A stretch of 63,463 nt of DNA, the filler included, from Asterionella formosa (taxonomy: Eukaryota), in assembly GCA_002256025.1 (NCBI GenBank). It is 7 parts of 7 records of this genome, joined end to end, with 100 filler letters (N's around TTAATTAATTAA, not from the genome) between each part and the next. Parts side by side here need not be neighbours in the genome. Positions count along the whole stretch, not along the records: positions 27,253 to 36,233 come from NKIB01011339.1; positions 36,334 to 45,311 come from NKIB01011351.1; positions 45,412 to 54,389 come from NKIB01011357.1; 4 more parts are not named here. One strand, given 5' to 3'. Within the stretch, counting starts at the first letter, position 1, and every line of letters begins with the position of its first letter. Below are positions 36,209 to 48,456 of the stretch, piece by piece. The position numbers were made by a program, and so were the translations under genes. The notes under the pieces were generated by a model that saw only the letters and a list, made by a program, of their open reading frames with translations, was not told the origin of the DNA and made no database searches.

Positions 36209-38442
36209 AACTCAGGAACTTCGTATCATGGACNNNNNNNNNNNNNNNNNNNNNNNNNNNNNNNNNNNNNNNNNNNNTTAATTAATTAANNNNNNNNNNN
36301 NNNNNNNNNNNNNNNNNNNNNNNNNNNNNNNNNTCTATTGTTCTTATTGTTGGAAACAAGGCGCTTTCTATTGTTTCATTGTGGTTACTGTGGTTGTATA
36401 CCCTTTTCTTCCTTGGTGTTATTCGCCCTGCGTTTGAACTTGAAAATGCATTGTTTGATATGAAATGGAAAAAGGTCTTGTTTGTTAATAACCAGCCATC
36501 ATCTGACTCTGTGAATCTTCTTCTTCGCTTCCAGAAAAAACGAGGACTCTGTTGCTAGCCGGTTCCTCTGGAAGAAACAGGCAGGCATTTTTTGTTTCTC
36601 CTTGTCATCACAGAAAGGATGCATCTGAAAGTTCGAGAAATATATGGTAAGCAGTTAATATTTTGGGAAATGGAAACAAGTCCTATGTTACATTGTTGTT
36701 TCTCTGCACCATCTTTTTCTTCATCTTGTGTTTGGAACTGTGATTGATTGTTGTTGTAGTTCCTTTACCTCCATTTTGTTTCTTCCTCTTGCTTGTGCCA
36801 TTTGGAATTGGAACAGTGGTCAGTCATGAGTTTACTCTGCGAACCTTGTTCTTTTTCAACAGACAATCAATCTGTTTTTGGCAGGGCAGGGTTGAAACTT
36901 GGGAATAATGAATTGCGTCATGCTCGGTGTCAGACAGGCTATCGATCATTTGTTATTCGCATTGTTGAAAGGATTCCTCTGGTGCAAACAAGGGGACGAA
37001 TGTAACAAGACATGGTAAGCAAGTGCAATGTTTTATTGCCTTTGGCTGATATTGTTTGCTGTTTCTGGTTGTGGTGGATCTACTCTCCTCTCCTATTCTC
37101 CTTCGTCTTGGTTCGGAATTGTTAGCGCATGCATTGATTTTTTGTAATGAATTAGAAAAATGGCTTGATTGTGTGCTTGTTACTTGTTGATCACAAGCAA
37201 ACTTACTCTGCAAACACTGTTCTTTGTCTACAGACAATCAATCTGTTGAGCGAGGGTTTTGTTGGGAATCAGGCGGCATGGTAAGAACAACGAAAACGAT
37301 GCCTTTGTAACAAATGCTTGTTCATGAACTTACTCTGCGACTGTTGTTCACTGATTTGCAGACAATCAATTCGATGACAATCAATTTGATGAGGGCTGGG
37401 TTGGCCATTGGGGAACATCCCTCTTTCTACAACAGACAATTAATTTGAGCAATGAGAATGAGCAAACAGCTCATTTGCTTTGAATTGATCTACCGGAAGT
37501 AGTAACATGGACTCCTGAAAGTATGATTAGCCAAGCAATCTTATGAATGGTTACAGCATCCAACTGCAAGAATGAACATGCATTGCTTGTCTTATTGGTT
37601 TGAGAATCGCGTTCTATAGAAAGTATCATTACAAACTACATAACGAAGCAATTAAATTGATTGACTTTGCGATTGTAGAATTAAATTGAAATGTTGATTG
37701 GTTACACATAATTATTTGTTTGACTAGCAAATATTTTTGTTTAACCTTGAGGTATTAATGTGATCAAAGTGAAGATAAAATGGGAGCAAACAAACAGAAC
37801 TAATTTTAGTCAGCCAGAGTGAAGAATATTTGTGAACGGAAATGTTTCGAATTGTAGAGAAAAGAAGTGTATTATATAGATTATTACTGAACTAATTTTT
37901 CTTCGTGTCACCAGAAAATATTGTCAGTTGGCCCCAAAAATTATGTGGGTTTCTATAATAATTATGGAAGTTATTGAAGCATTTCTAGTTCACTCCGTTC
38001 ATATATATTGTATGATGCATCATATTTTTTATGGATGTCCCCTTAAATTATGTACGAAGCTAAATCGTCGTATTGGGCCACCCAAATAATTAATTTGGGA
38101 GATCATATTTGACTAGCGGTTTTTTTGTGGCGGCTGTACCAGTAATCGGCGTTGTAGATGTAGAGGGCTTGCAAATACATATTGGTATGTACGCATGATA
38201 AATATATTTGATGGCTGCAAAATCAACAACCCTGACCGCCTGGTATTACTTCAATGTAGTAACTAGTAATACTGATGGTCGTACATTATTCACGTCTGGA
38301 TCCTTTTTGTTTCATTCCACCTCAATTCGACGTGGTTATGATGGATATACCGATTTTTTAATGTATACGGAAACTACAGAGGATGGCAATAAGCATGCAG
38401 CACATCACGAAACTGATTCCATTTTGAGTGAGATTGCTGAAC

Positions 38443-40203
38443 ATGAAAACTACGGCATTTACCATTTGGGTGCTATGCAACCCAGCGTTATCCTTTGCTC
38501 CTTCCTTCAGGCAACGCAAATCTATGCCCCTTTCCATGGCAAACCCAGAGACGTCTGTATTTCTTACTCCTGAAAGCGCCAAAGCATGTATTGATGCTGT
38601 TGGAGGTAGCCCTTTGTACGCCTATTCTCTTCCTCAACTGGAGAAATTTGCCAGCGACTGCCTTGACTTCCCGAACGCCTATGGCTTAACAGTCCGATAC
38701 GCGATGAAAGCTTCTCCAAATGCTGCGATTCTCAAGTTCTTCCATTCAAAGGGCATTCATATAGATGCTTCTTCCGGATACGAGGTGAGTACCTCCTAGC
38801 AACAAGTCAATTCCCACCGACAAGATCAACAAGCCTATAGCGATGTCAATGATGGTTATCTTCGGTTTTGATACTCTTTCACGCGCTAACTATTGATTGT
38901 TGTCATTGAATCCGCCAGTGTCGTCGAGCAATGGCAGCTGGAATTCCACCTGAGAATATTAGTCTCAGTACACAGGAGCTCCCTAAGGACTTTTCTGATT
39001 TGATCAACACAGGAGTCAAGGTGAATGCATGGTAAGCTTTAACGAATATGTGAATGTGCAGAAATTAGGGCTTCTGAATGAGTATACTGCTCAACTCTTT
39101 ATTCGTTTCCCCCCGCCCCTTCGAAACGTAGCTCAATATCACAGTTGGAGCGAATCGGACAACATTACGCTGGAAAGGGCCAAAAAGTTGGAGGTGTGTA
39201 GCTGCAGGGAAACCACTTTTGCATTATCACTATTTTAGTACTATTTAATCGTTATTTCGAGGCTGCTCACTCATTCATCTTTCTCCATCCAGTCCGTGTC
39301 AACCCTGGTGTCGGATCGGGTGGATTTTCGAAATCCACCACCTCCTTTTCGAAGACCAATGTCGGTGGACCTTCTTCCTCCTTTGGGATCTGGCATAAGC
39401 TCGTCGAAGATGGAACAGTCTCTACCATTGTTGAGAAATATGGTTTAGTAGTGGAAAAAATTCACACTCACATTGGATCTGGAAGCGATGCAGCAATTTG
39501 GCAGCAAGTTGCAACCAAGTCGCTGTCCTTTTGTGCTATTTTTCCCACTGTCAAGACTCTCAACCTAGGTGGCGGCTACAAGGTTGGACGCAACCCCGGT
39601 GAGCCCACGACAGACTTACAGGAAATCGGACAGCCAGTCGCTGAGGCCTTCCGTAAATTTGCCGCCGAAAATGACGGCCGCGAGCTTCAACTGGAAATTG
39701 AGCCTGGAACCTACCTAGTGGCAATGGCAGGAGCTGTTGTTACCACTGTTCAAGACAAAGTTTTCACTACCGGAGAGTCTGGACACACCTACTTAAAGTT
39801 GGATTCGGGCATGACTGATGTCCTTCGTCCTTCCCTGTATGGCGCTATCCACCCCATGACTGTTCTGCCGGGCTCTGGCAAATCCATTGATATTGGTGAA
39901 GAGACAGAGGATGTTGTTGTTGTTGGTCACTGCTGTGAAAGTGGAGATTTGATGACCCCCAAGCCTGGGGCGCCAGAAGATCTTGCTAGGCGCACCCTTC
40001 GCAAGGCAGAAATTGGAGATATTTTGATTATTGATGGAAGCGGGGCATATTGCTCCGGCATGAGTACCAAGAACTACAATTCCTTTCCTGAGTCGCCTGA
40101 AGTGTTGGTTGATAGCAATGGAGTGGTTCACGTGATCAGACAAAGGCAGACCATTCAACAGATTTATCAGAATGAAGTTGAAGCACCGTTGGTTTACCTC
40201 TAA
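38443..40203 (+). CDS. lysA: Diaminopimelate decarboxylase, plastid-targeted; exons 38443-38784, 38919-39031, 39132-39193, 39293-40203
   Basis: ALSFAP presequence; YAMKA (PLP lysine), [51 protein letters not shown]. Three GT-AG introns give a continuous frame. Confidence 0.95.
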
Positions 40204-40731
40204 CGGAATATTTATCCACCATTAGTGCTTCCCATCAGCAACTATTATAGAGTTCATCATGGATGCCCTTATGGAATAGATGCTTTTTCTCACACTGATA
40301 AAAGCATAGAAATAGAAAATACACACACTTGCAACTATGAGAAATCGTAGGTACATTCTCATATCCATATGTATAAAAAGAAACGGATGCCTTGGCTCGT
40401 GACGACAGAATCTGGGGGTAATCACAGAAACGAATCAGTCAGTTAGGAGCGAGTGTACGAATGCTATGTCATTCAAACATACGCAAAAATGAAGAATAAT
40501 AGAGAGCGCAGCGCCGGCTCTTCATATTGTCATTCGATACACGGTCAATGTTGGAAAATCTCAATGCACCCACGTGTCATAAACCAGGATTGACGCCCCC
40601 CTAGCGACAGCTTGGGCGAATGCATTGAAAAACGAGGCAGCATTCTCAACCTGGGCATATACTTTGAATTTACGTAACAAGAGTCTCCCTCTTTCATAAA
40701 TGGGCAACATTTGATTTTATTGTTTAGTGTC

Positions 40732-42219
40732 CTACTTGGTAACGATTATTTGCCGTGGACCGGGAAGTTCTTCGGTCGCTCGATGCACAGCGTAGTCTGC
40801 ATAAAATGGAAAATCACCTGCCCGATAGACATGAACAAAGTAGTTAAGTCGTGAGGATCCGTCTTCGTCAATGTCCATAGCGGCCAGGGCTTCTTGCACA
40901 TCTTCCTCGTTGGGTTCAACTGATTCGAGTCCTGGGAGACTTCCGCCAATCACATAGACTGGCACTCCATGCTTCTTGGCCAAACCAGTTACAGAAGTCG
41001 CCGCAGCGAATGCATTTCGTTCCGCACGAGTCAAAAATTGAAGAGCCTCTGCCTTGGCTCTTAGTGAGTCACCGGCTTTGGCCATTGCCATGGAAGCCTC
41101 GCGCAAATCAGGCGTAATTGCGATCACTGCTCCAACCATAGGACCACCAACAAGTGTTTCGACCCCAAGATCTTTTCGAGCCGGAGAGAACTCGTAATCA
41201 CTCAAAAAATTAGGTTTTTCCTCCGGCGATTGAATCATATCTGACACAATCTGAGCGGGGTTGAACTCACCAACCTTGTCACCGGTGACAACAGCAGCCA
41301 ATTGCTTGTTGAACTTTGGCTTCAAAGCTGCATATTGATCATTAGTAAAATAACGGTCTACCTTCGCAGGATCCATTGGCGGAGATCCCCCCATATATTG
41401 CTGCAGATATGCGTCCATATTTGCTCGAAAGTTCTCCCGATCTTCTTCCTTGCCAGCGAACTCAATGTGGGACTGATTCAAAGCAGCTGGGCGTGTGTCA
41501 GGATATGCCGCTGCATATGCCAACAGGTTCTGCTTGAAATCCTTCAAATATTGATCTGGATCGACAACGTCCATCTTGTCCCCTTCGATACAAGCTTCAA
41601 CGATATCAGCAAAGTTCTTTTTTACCTTCGCAAGCTCTTCAGGCACAGAGCAGCCAGGCTCGGGGCACAATCCCTTGACAGTGTCCATCAACTCATCAAC
41701 TCCCGAATGCTCTCCACCAACAACAGCAACAACAGCGTTACCAGAAGAGGCCAGCAACTGTGTAGCTGCCAATCCATTTGCTTGACTAGCACCAAATACC
41801 ACGACAGTTCCCTTCTTCCCCAGCGACGAAATAACCCGGAGAGCTGCAGCACCTTCTGACGCTGGTCGAAGCAAGGCCAGATACTCCAATGGAATTCCAT
41901 CAATAACTCCAAGGTCTCCATATCTGCCATGCAACACCGTTCCCGAAGGAGTCAGCGCAGCTGAATCCCTTGCACTAATCCCTGGCTTGGAGAGATCAAT
42001 CATGTGAGCGGAAGTCACAGGGTTTCGTACGTACGCCATCGGGTGAAGTTTATCTGGGGGTGGGTTCTTGAAGAGATCGTCCGGTGGTTTGATCGATTCT
42101 ATGCTGTAATTAGGAGGAAATGGCTCCTCTCGCAGAAAGCGTTCGCTGGGCTTCAAACCGAAGTGGCGAAACCATGATGAACGCGCTGCAACTCGCCGAA
42201 AGACGGAGGTCAACATCAT
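40732..42219 (-). CDS. Uncharacterised, probably mitochondrial protein with an MDR/enoyl-reductase-like Rossmann segment
   Basis: Intact ~495-codon ORF; Arg/Ser-rich N-terminus MMLTSVFRRVAARSS; GTVVVFGASQANGLAATQL..GNAVVAVV. Confidence 0.7.
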   Translation of the reverse strand: MMLTSVFRRVAARSSWFRHFGLKPSERFLREEPFPPNYSIESIKPPDDLFKNPPPDKLHPMAYVRNPVTSAHMIDLSKPGISARDSAALTPSGTVLHGRYGDLGVIDGIPLEYLALLRPASEGAAALRVISSLGKKGTVVVFGASQANGLAATQLLASSGNAVVAVVGGEHSGVDELMDTVKGLCPEPGCSVPEELAKVKKNFADIVEACIEGDKMDVVDPDQYLKDFKQNLLAYAAAYPDTRPAALNQSHIEFAGKEEDRENFRANMDAYLQQYMGGSPPMDPAKVDRYFTNDQYAALKPKFNKQLAAVVTGDKVGEFNPAQIVSDMIQSPEEKPNFLSDYEFSPARKDLGVETLVGGPMVGAVIAITPDLREASMAMAKAGDSLRAKAEALQFLTRAERNAFAAATSVTGLAKKHGVPVYVIGGSLPGLESVEPNEEDVQEALAAMDIDEDGSSRLNYFVHVYRAGDFPFYADYAVHRATEELPGPRQIIVTK

Positions 42220-42254
42220 GTTGCGTCGTTCTTGTAGATCTACCCGTTCCGACA

Positions 42255-42657
42255 NNNNNNNNNNNNNNNNNNNNNNNNNNNNNNNNNNNNNNNNNNNNNN
42301 NNNNNNNNNNNNNNNNNNNNNNNNNNNNNNNNNNNNNNNNNNNNNNNNNNNNNNNNNNNNNNNNNNNNNNNNNNNNNNNNNNNNNNNNNNNNNNNNNNNN
42401 NNNNNNNNNNNNNNNNNNNNNNNNNNNNNNNNNNNNNNNNNNNNNNNNNNNNNNNNNNNNNNNNNNNNNNNNNNNNNNNNNNNNNNNNNNNNNNNNNNNN
42501 NNNNNNNNNNNNNNNNNNNNNNNNNNNNNNNNNNNNNNNNNNNNNNNNNNNNNNNNNNNNNNNNNNNNNNNNNNNNNNNNNNNNNNNNNNNNNNNNNNNN
42601 NNNNNNNNNNNNNNNNNNNNNNNNNNNNNNNNNNNNNNNNNNNNNNNNNNNNNNNNN
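42255..42657. other. Internal scaffold gap (N run)
   Basis: N run without the TTAATTAATTAA linker. Confidence 0.97.
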
Positions 42658-43388
42658 TGTAGCGGTACATAGGAATGGGCTGCTGCAGATTATCGTACGA
42701 TGACTACAGGGCATTAGCGGCAGTTTTGACGACATCATACACCAGAGCAAATGCTTCAAATTTGCCGGCTTCTACAAAGACTATATTCAAGTTGCCCATT
42801 GGCAATCAATCAATTCACAGTAGATAATAGCCTTATTTCACATCTTTTGCTTTGATTATTCATGTCAATACTGTAGTTGTAGTCTCATTTGTTATGTAGT
42901 TACTGTAAAAGTGTCATATCTTTTACAATTGTAGTATCTATGTTGTGCTTGATATATGTATCAAAAAGGAAAGCATCGTTCTCATTTTTCGTCAAGATAT
43001 TCGCTATTTTCATCATGGTCAATGCTGTGACAACATGATGATGAAGTATTCTCCAGCCACTTGCAACTACAAAAAACTACTACACTATAGCATATTATCT
43101 ATACAAAATAATAGCAGTATTTCAGCTAAATGATTATTTTCCAGAGCCAGTACATATATTGTAACTTGGGCATGAGTCTAGCCATATGTATAATATAGAG
43201 TGTCTGTAACTATGAAATAGACATTGATCACTTCATCTTACATACTACCAGGTACCTGTGTATTCATGTTTACCAGTGCATATTCAGTATCATAGTAGTT
43301 AGGTACTACAGTATGATTATGTAGGTCATAGAAGACTGCGATGGCAGCAGCATTGAAATGATGACAGCCATCACAATAAGCAAAATTG

Positions 43389-43525
43389 CTACTTTAAGCC
43401 AACACACTTTAAGCAGACATACTTTAATCAAAACCACTTTAATCAACTCTACTTTAAGCAAAACCACTTTTAAGCAAAACCACTTTAAGCAAATCTACTT
43501 AAAGCAAAACAGTCCTACATTAAGC
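43389..43525. repeat. 15-bp minisatellite (ACTTTAAGCAAAACC consensus), about 9 units
   Basis: ACTTTAA(G/T)CA recurs at a 15-nt period. Confidence 0.85.
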
Positions 43526-44519
43526 CAAAAAAACGAGAAGCAAATGGTAGAAAAAGAAAAACAGATTGGCTTCAATGCTTAGGCTAAATTAGGTTAAAGA
43601 TAAATATATATATGGGAACAATAAACCATTCGGGTTGTTTTATTAAATAGATATCAAGAAGAGACACTTGTATGAATTTGGAATTGGAATCAGTAGTGCC
43701 AGTATGAAGCTATGTGTGTAACTACACATCGAAAAGTCTCCGCAACTTGCTGGTATACATATTACCAGCTAATACTCAATGCCCCGTGTGACTGGTAGCA
43801 GTACCAAAATCATGCTATCTCGAGGTGCTAGATTTGATATCTCATCACAACAACAAATAGCAATTCAGATCAAATCAAATTTCAGGTTTGGGCCTGCTAA
43901 GATTTAAAAATTAGGCCTGTTAACTTGACATGCAGCCAGCGCTTTCCCTTAGCATTGATAGCTAAACTCTGCTGGTCAACAAATGTAAAGAGGAATGTGA
44001 GGCACCAAAGCAAGTCCTTGCTGGTTCAATAACTACAATCTACTGTATTTTACTTTCTTTGGGTGTGCACCTTGAAACATCCATCAAAAGCAGCAGTTCC
44101 TAAACTAGCCGCTTGCCTTTGATACCCAAACTGATTCTCCCAAAAAGCAAAGAACAGAGTATATCAGATCCTGTGAGACAACTTTTGGGCAAAGAGTAAG
44201 TTCAAGAAAGTTGTTATGCTGAACCTGATTCCATTATGAAGTAGTATCGCAAGCTTTATTGGAAGTACTATCCCCAGAAGTATATGTTAGGCAATTTTGA
44301 AAATACTAGCAGGAGCCTGAATAAAGAAGCCGAACAGTTCACCAAGCTCCAGAATGCATACGATCGTTTGATTTCAAAGTTTGACGATCGAATGATTTAA
44401 GATCGTTAACAGAGACCTATTCTGCTTCATTCGTTTAATGAGCTGGCATGTGGCAACTCTTAACTCAGAATATGCACTTAAAAAAAAAGAAATTGGTCAA
44501 GACGAGGAAAGGAATTAGT

Positions 44520-45116
44520 TTATATATGTGTGGTACTGCCAGGAATACCAGCATTTGCAACAAGCATAGCACGCACTTCTGGTCTAGCTAGCTCGACATC
44601 CATGAGCATGGCGAGATGAAAGTCGTTGTGAGACAGTCCCTGCAGTACCTCTGTCTTGCATTTCACCGTCGTCACAACCAGCCATACCTTCTGCCGCGGT
44701 AGTAACCTTCTTTCCAGGGTGATGATAGGATAGTGATTGTTGATCTCGCCGACACATGCCATGTGATGGACAAACTTGGCTCCACTTAAATAATCAGGAT
44801 GATTGAATTCACGGAAAATGGAAATTGGTGGCATGCTACCTTCATGTTCCATTTGCCATTCGTTATCCAATGATTCCAACAACCTTGTTGCGTCGTCTGG
44901 CAGGAGAGGTTGTCCGCCTTGTCCATATGGATCACAAATTGTGCTGGGTCGTCTTGTAAAAGGATCAGCCCTTTTCTTACTCGAAAATCTTTGGCTTGAT
45001 CCAGCACAATGCGTGAAAGAAAAGCAAGACTGGAGATTCGAATGGAGCTCGTTTCGACTTAACCGAAATAATGCAAAAACATTTGATTGCCGCAAAATTT
45101 TGACTCTGGAAAGCAT
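44520..45116 (-). CDS. Pterin-4-alpha-carbinolamine dehydratase-like protein with probable mitochondrial presequence
   Basis: REFNH.DY..G..FV..M..VGEINNHYP.I, T...GLSHNDFHLAMLMD. Confidence 0.8.
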   Translation of the reverse strand: MLSRVKILRQSNVFALFRLSRNELHSNLQSCFSFTHCAGSSQRFSSKKRADPFTRRPSTICDPYGQGGQPLLPDDATRLLESLDNEWQMEHEGSMPPISIFREFNHPDYLSGAKFVHHMACVGEINNHYPIITLERRLLPRQKVWLVVTTVKCKTEVLQGLSHNDFHLAMLMDVELARPEVRAMLVANAGIPGSTTHI

Positions 45117-45568
45117 AATATCATGAGCTTGACTGCTGTGATGATGTGAGTCGATGGAAATGGGATACTTCTTGCCATCAGATACCTGGTCCGTACAATC
45201 AAAAGTTTGTTGATTTGTTGTTCTCCAGCTTTAATTTCATCTCTGAAGCAAACCTCGATTTTTTTGTGTACCAGGTGCCTCATAGTACCTCCGTACCAGG
45301 TACACGGGGACNNNNNNNNNNNNNNNNNNNNNNNNNNNNNNNNNNNNNNNNNNNNTTAATTAATTAANNNNNNNNNNNNNNNNNNNNNNNNNNNNNNNNN
45401 NNNNNNNNNNNGCTGTAAACGCTTAAATAAAGATTTTAACCATATCCTTCGATGCCAGCAAGCAATACCCTACTACAGGAATAAGTTGATGCAGCAGTTT
45501 AGTGAGTCGTGTCTCAAGAGAACATCCTCTTGCCCATAGTAAATTCAAGATAGGTATTGATCATCGGC

Positions 45569-46196
45569 TTATATCTTCAACTTTTCCTCTGCAACAAAAA
45601 ACCGCTTTTCATCTATATGGACCTGGTTGTAGAAGCGATCGTAATATCCAAACAGTCCCGGGTTGAAGTCAATGTCAGGGGAAGGATGTTCTTGATCTGG
45701 ATGGTTTAATTGTAAATGGTTAACACAATTCATAAAATGATTATTCTTACCCTCCTCTGAAAGCTTCGGCTTCAGCACACTTGAGTGCGGTCGTAATACA
45801 TCCCCTCTAGCTATTATCAAAAACTGTGGACTTCAGAAGGGCAAGCGCAGCTGCTAATTTACGATAAGTACTACGCTTGCGATAAGGGATATCTGCAATC
45901 GCTGTAATCATTTCCTCACGATTATATTTGAGAGGACGCCCAGACAAGAATTTGCGGGAAGGCGATGCAAAAACGTCAGTATCACCATTATAATAGGATC
46001 CGAGCGCGTGGTTTCTAATACATTGTATAGTTGTTTTATCAACTTTGAACCGGCCTGCCAAATATTTAACGGTTCCATGCACTAAAAGGAGCCAACCATC
46101 AATTTCGCTCATCGTCTCCATCAGGTCATTTTTGAATTTCCGTAAACCATAATCCAACACAAGTTGACGGTTTTCTGGTGTTAGATCCCTTCTCAT
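45569..46196 (-). pseudogene. Mariner-like (plant/oomycete DD39D-type) transposase relic
   Basis: HGTVKYLAGRFKVDKTTI, SGRP, IPYRKRSTYRKLAAAL..KSTV, then after a frameshift HSSVLKPKL and VHIDEKRFF; truncated after the first catalytic D. Confidence 0.85.
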
Positions 46197-46620
46197 ATGG
46201 CATCTTGATTTTGCTCGAGAGGCGCAAAAGTGGGAATCGAACAAGCCCAAAAACATTTTTTTCAAATGTAGTTGCCAATTTTTATTTTTCTCCATTTTAT
46301 CAACATGATCCTGTAGCTAAGGGCAAGCCGCACAATAGAGCAATTGAGCCGGAGAAAATCGTAGTATTCTAAATGGTCCCTGAGAAATTTGAAAAATCAA
46401 TGCAACCATTTTCCGACAGAGGGAGTACCAGGTACCTGGTACCATGGAACCTCGTCACCTGATTACGCAGACATGATACCTGTATGTAGAACCTGGTGAA
46501 GGTTCCTGTACGAGTGGTACCTCCCATAGTGCTTGATACCTGTTACCAGGTACCAGGTACAATCCCTAAATAGCGCCCGGTAAAAACGTGCTCCTACCGG
46601 GTGAGTGAGTACCTGGTATA

Positions 46621-46716
46621 GCTGCCAGTTACGGTAATTGTGCTCAAACTAGACGTTTAGCTTTCTTTATCCCATAATAAATTGTTTATTTAAGCTAAAT
46701 GACCGCAACTTCCTGG
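46621..46716. mobile_element. 96-bp MITE with TA target-site duplication
   Basis: TA|GCTGCCAGTTACGGTAATT ... AATGACCGCAACTTCCTGG|TA; same length and internal motifs as 7557-7652. Confidence 0.75.
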
Positions 46717-46888
46717 TACCTGGTACCTGGTACCTGGTACCAGGTACCAATACGTACCGCTCCTACCAGGTTTTTTAGCCACCCGTATTTACTGGTATGA
46801 TTGCATTCGAAGTAGTATTTCCTGGTTCCAGGTTCCGCCCTGGAATGGCATGATGGGGAAACTCTGGCATCAACAATGAGGAGAAAAC

Positions 46889-47154
46889 TGTTGAAATTGC
46901 ATCCCGAAGCACTCTATGCTTTCTTGTATCCTGTAAGGACACGTCAGGGACCAAATAGGCTGTAGATATAACAACGATGTCTCCGTGATCGATTGTAATC
47001 GTTCCTAAGAGTTTTAATAGAATTATGGGTTTTTACTGTTGGCGTAGATTGTTTTCGAATTCTCTGGTACCATATTCTTTCTTGATTCATTCGATTCAAT
47101 ATGTAGTAGGTAATTTATACCGGGATTTTCTTTCCTAAAATATTTTCTCCAACA
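46889..47154 (-). repeat. 3' LTR (266 bp)
   Basis: Direct repeat of 48457-48722; two substitutions seen by eye. Confidence 0.95.
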
Positions 47155-47176
47155 CACTCCTGCTGGACACGGATGC

Positions 47177-47325
47177 TTACTTTGAATTCATAATTTGCTG
47201 TCGAAAATGAATAAATTTCGTTCCAACCAGTGGTTTTGTCATGTAGTCTGCTAACATTGCATCCGATGGACAGTACTTGATTTGTACTTCCTTTCTTTCA
47301 ATAAGATCAGTAATATAAAAATATT
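47177..47325 (-). pseudogene. Copia RNase H C-terminal remnant
   Basis: KYFYITDLIERKEVQIKYCPSDAMLADYMTKPL (ADxxTK motif), out of frame with gag. Confidence 0.9.
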
Positions 47326-48323
47326 TCGTCTTCCTTGCCTGCATCCTTATGTTTCCTCTCTTTATCATTATCTCCTGGTTTCTTGTAGACAGATTTATTT
47401 GTTACGTCAAACCGATGGTTGCTGAGAACATTATTAGATTCGGTGATGGTCTTTGGGTATTGATTGTTGCCGAGTGATTGTTGAGTGTTCAGCCCGGTCA
47501 TAATTGAACCGTATTTAGCTTTATCGGCATTATCGAGATATAAATATGCCATAAATTGACTGAAAGCTTGTTCGCGAAATTTATCTCGTTGTTTGATGTC
47601 ATTCTCATTGTATCCTTCCATGGCTTCAACAAACTTGGTGAGGATAATGGGTCCTCCCATGTGTGACTTGAGCACATCTCGTGCCACACGAAATCTCTTG
47701 GTGTAGTCTTGTAGACTTTCTCCTTCCTTTTGCTTCGTGAACAAAAGAGTTCTCATTGCATCTAAAATGATCGACATTGAATATCGATTCTCTTGAAAAT
47801 TTAATGCGTGTTCTTTAATTGCCATAAGCAATGTTATTGGGTTATTTTCGATCCTATTGTAATCGGATCTCACTTCAATCTTGTTCTTCATGGCTTTGTT
47901 GCATCTTTCCCAGAGCAACGCATATGCCTTGGTATTATTATTTTCGTAGGCCTGTACCCTTTTACTGTAGTTGTCATAATCAGCCTTAAACTCGATCTCA
48001 AATTGTCGATTCTCTGCAGCGCGATCTTCTTCTGTTGTTGCAATGCTCACTTGCATTCTTGGCTTCCATGCCGATGTGTTGATTGGTTCTAATGACTTGA
48101 GTGCGCTTCCAATGTCACTGCCATAATCAAACACTTTCTTGATATGATTGATGAGGTACTCAGTAGTAGTCTCATAGTCAGATGCCTGCTTCGATGATCC
48201 GAGGTAGTAGTTATAGTCATTGACTGACTTCTTGATTGATTGAGAAGCAATATTGCTCCCTCCCTTGGCTTGAAACTTGCCCTTGGCTTGAGCCTTCTTG
48301 GTAAACTTTCCTTTGCCACTCAT
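47307..48323 (-). CDS. gag: Gag protein of the Copia element
   Basis: 338-aa ORF with KAYALLWERC..MKNKIE, QKEGESLQDYTKRF and LGNNQYPKT..L..H motifs typical of diatom Copia gag. Confidence 0.85.
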   Translation of the reverse strand: MSGKGKFTKKAQAKGKFQAKGGSNIASQSIKKSVNDYNYYLGSSKQASDYETTTEYLINHIKKVFDYGSDIGSALKSLEPINTSAWKPRMQVSIATTEEDRAAENRQFEIEFKADYDNYSKRVQAYENNNTKAYALLWERCNKAMKNKIEVRSDYNRIENNPITLLMAIKEHALNFQENRYSMSIILDAMRTLLFTKQKEGESLQDYTKRFRVARDVLKSHMGGPIILTKFVEAMEGYNENDIKQRDKFREQAFSQFMAYLYLDNADKAKYGSIMTGLNTQQSLGNNQYPKTITESNNVLSNHRFDVTNKSVYKKPGDNDKERKHKDAGKEDEIFLYY

Positions 48324-48456
48324 GATGCGCCTTGTGCGACTTCTTCAGACTCTGGATGGTCTGGTACCCTCAGATCTTGTCTCCGGACTCTCAATTGTCC
48401 GCTTGTTGTTGATTGTGGTATCACGGCTCTTCCTGGCTGGCTAATTCTATTAAAAC

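Noticed and set aside
42120..42759. 675-aa ORF and others running through the N gap
   Set aside because: They are open only because N codons contain no stops; the likely start is 42219.
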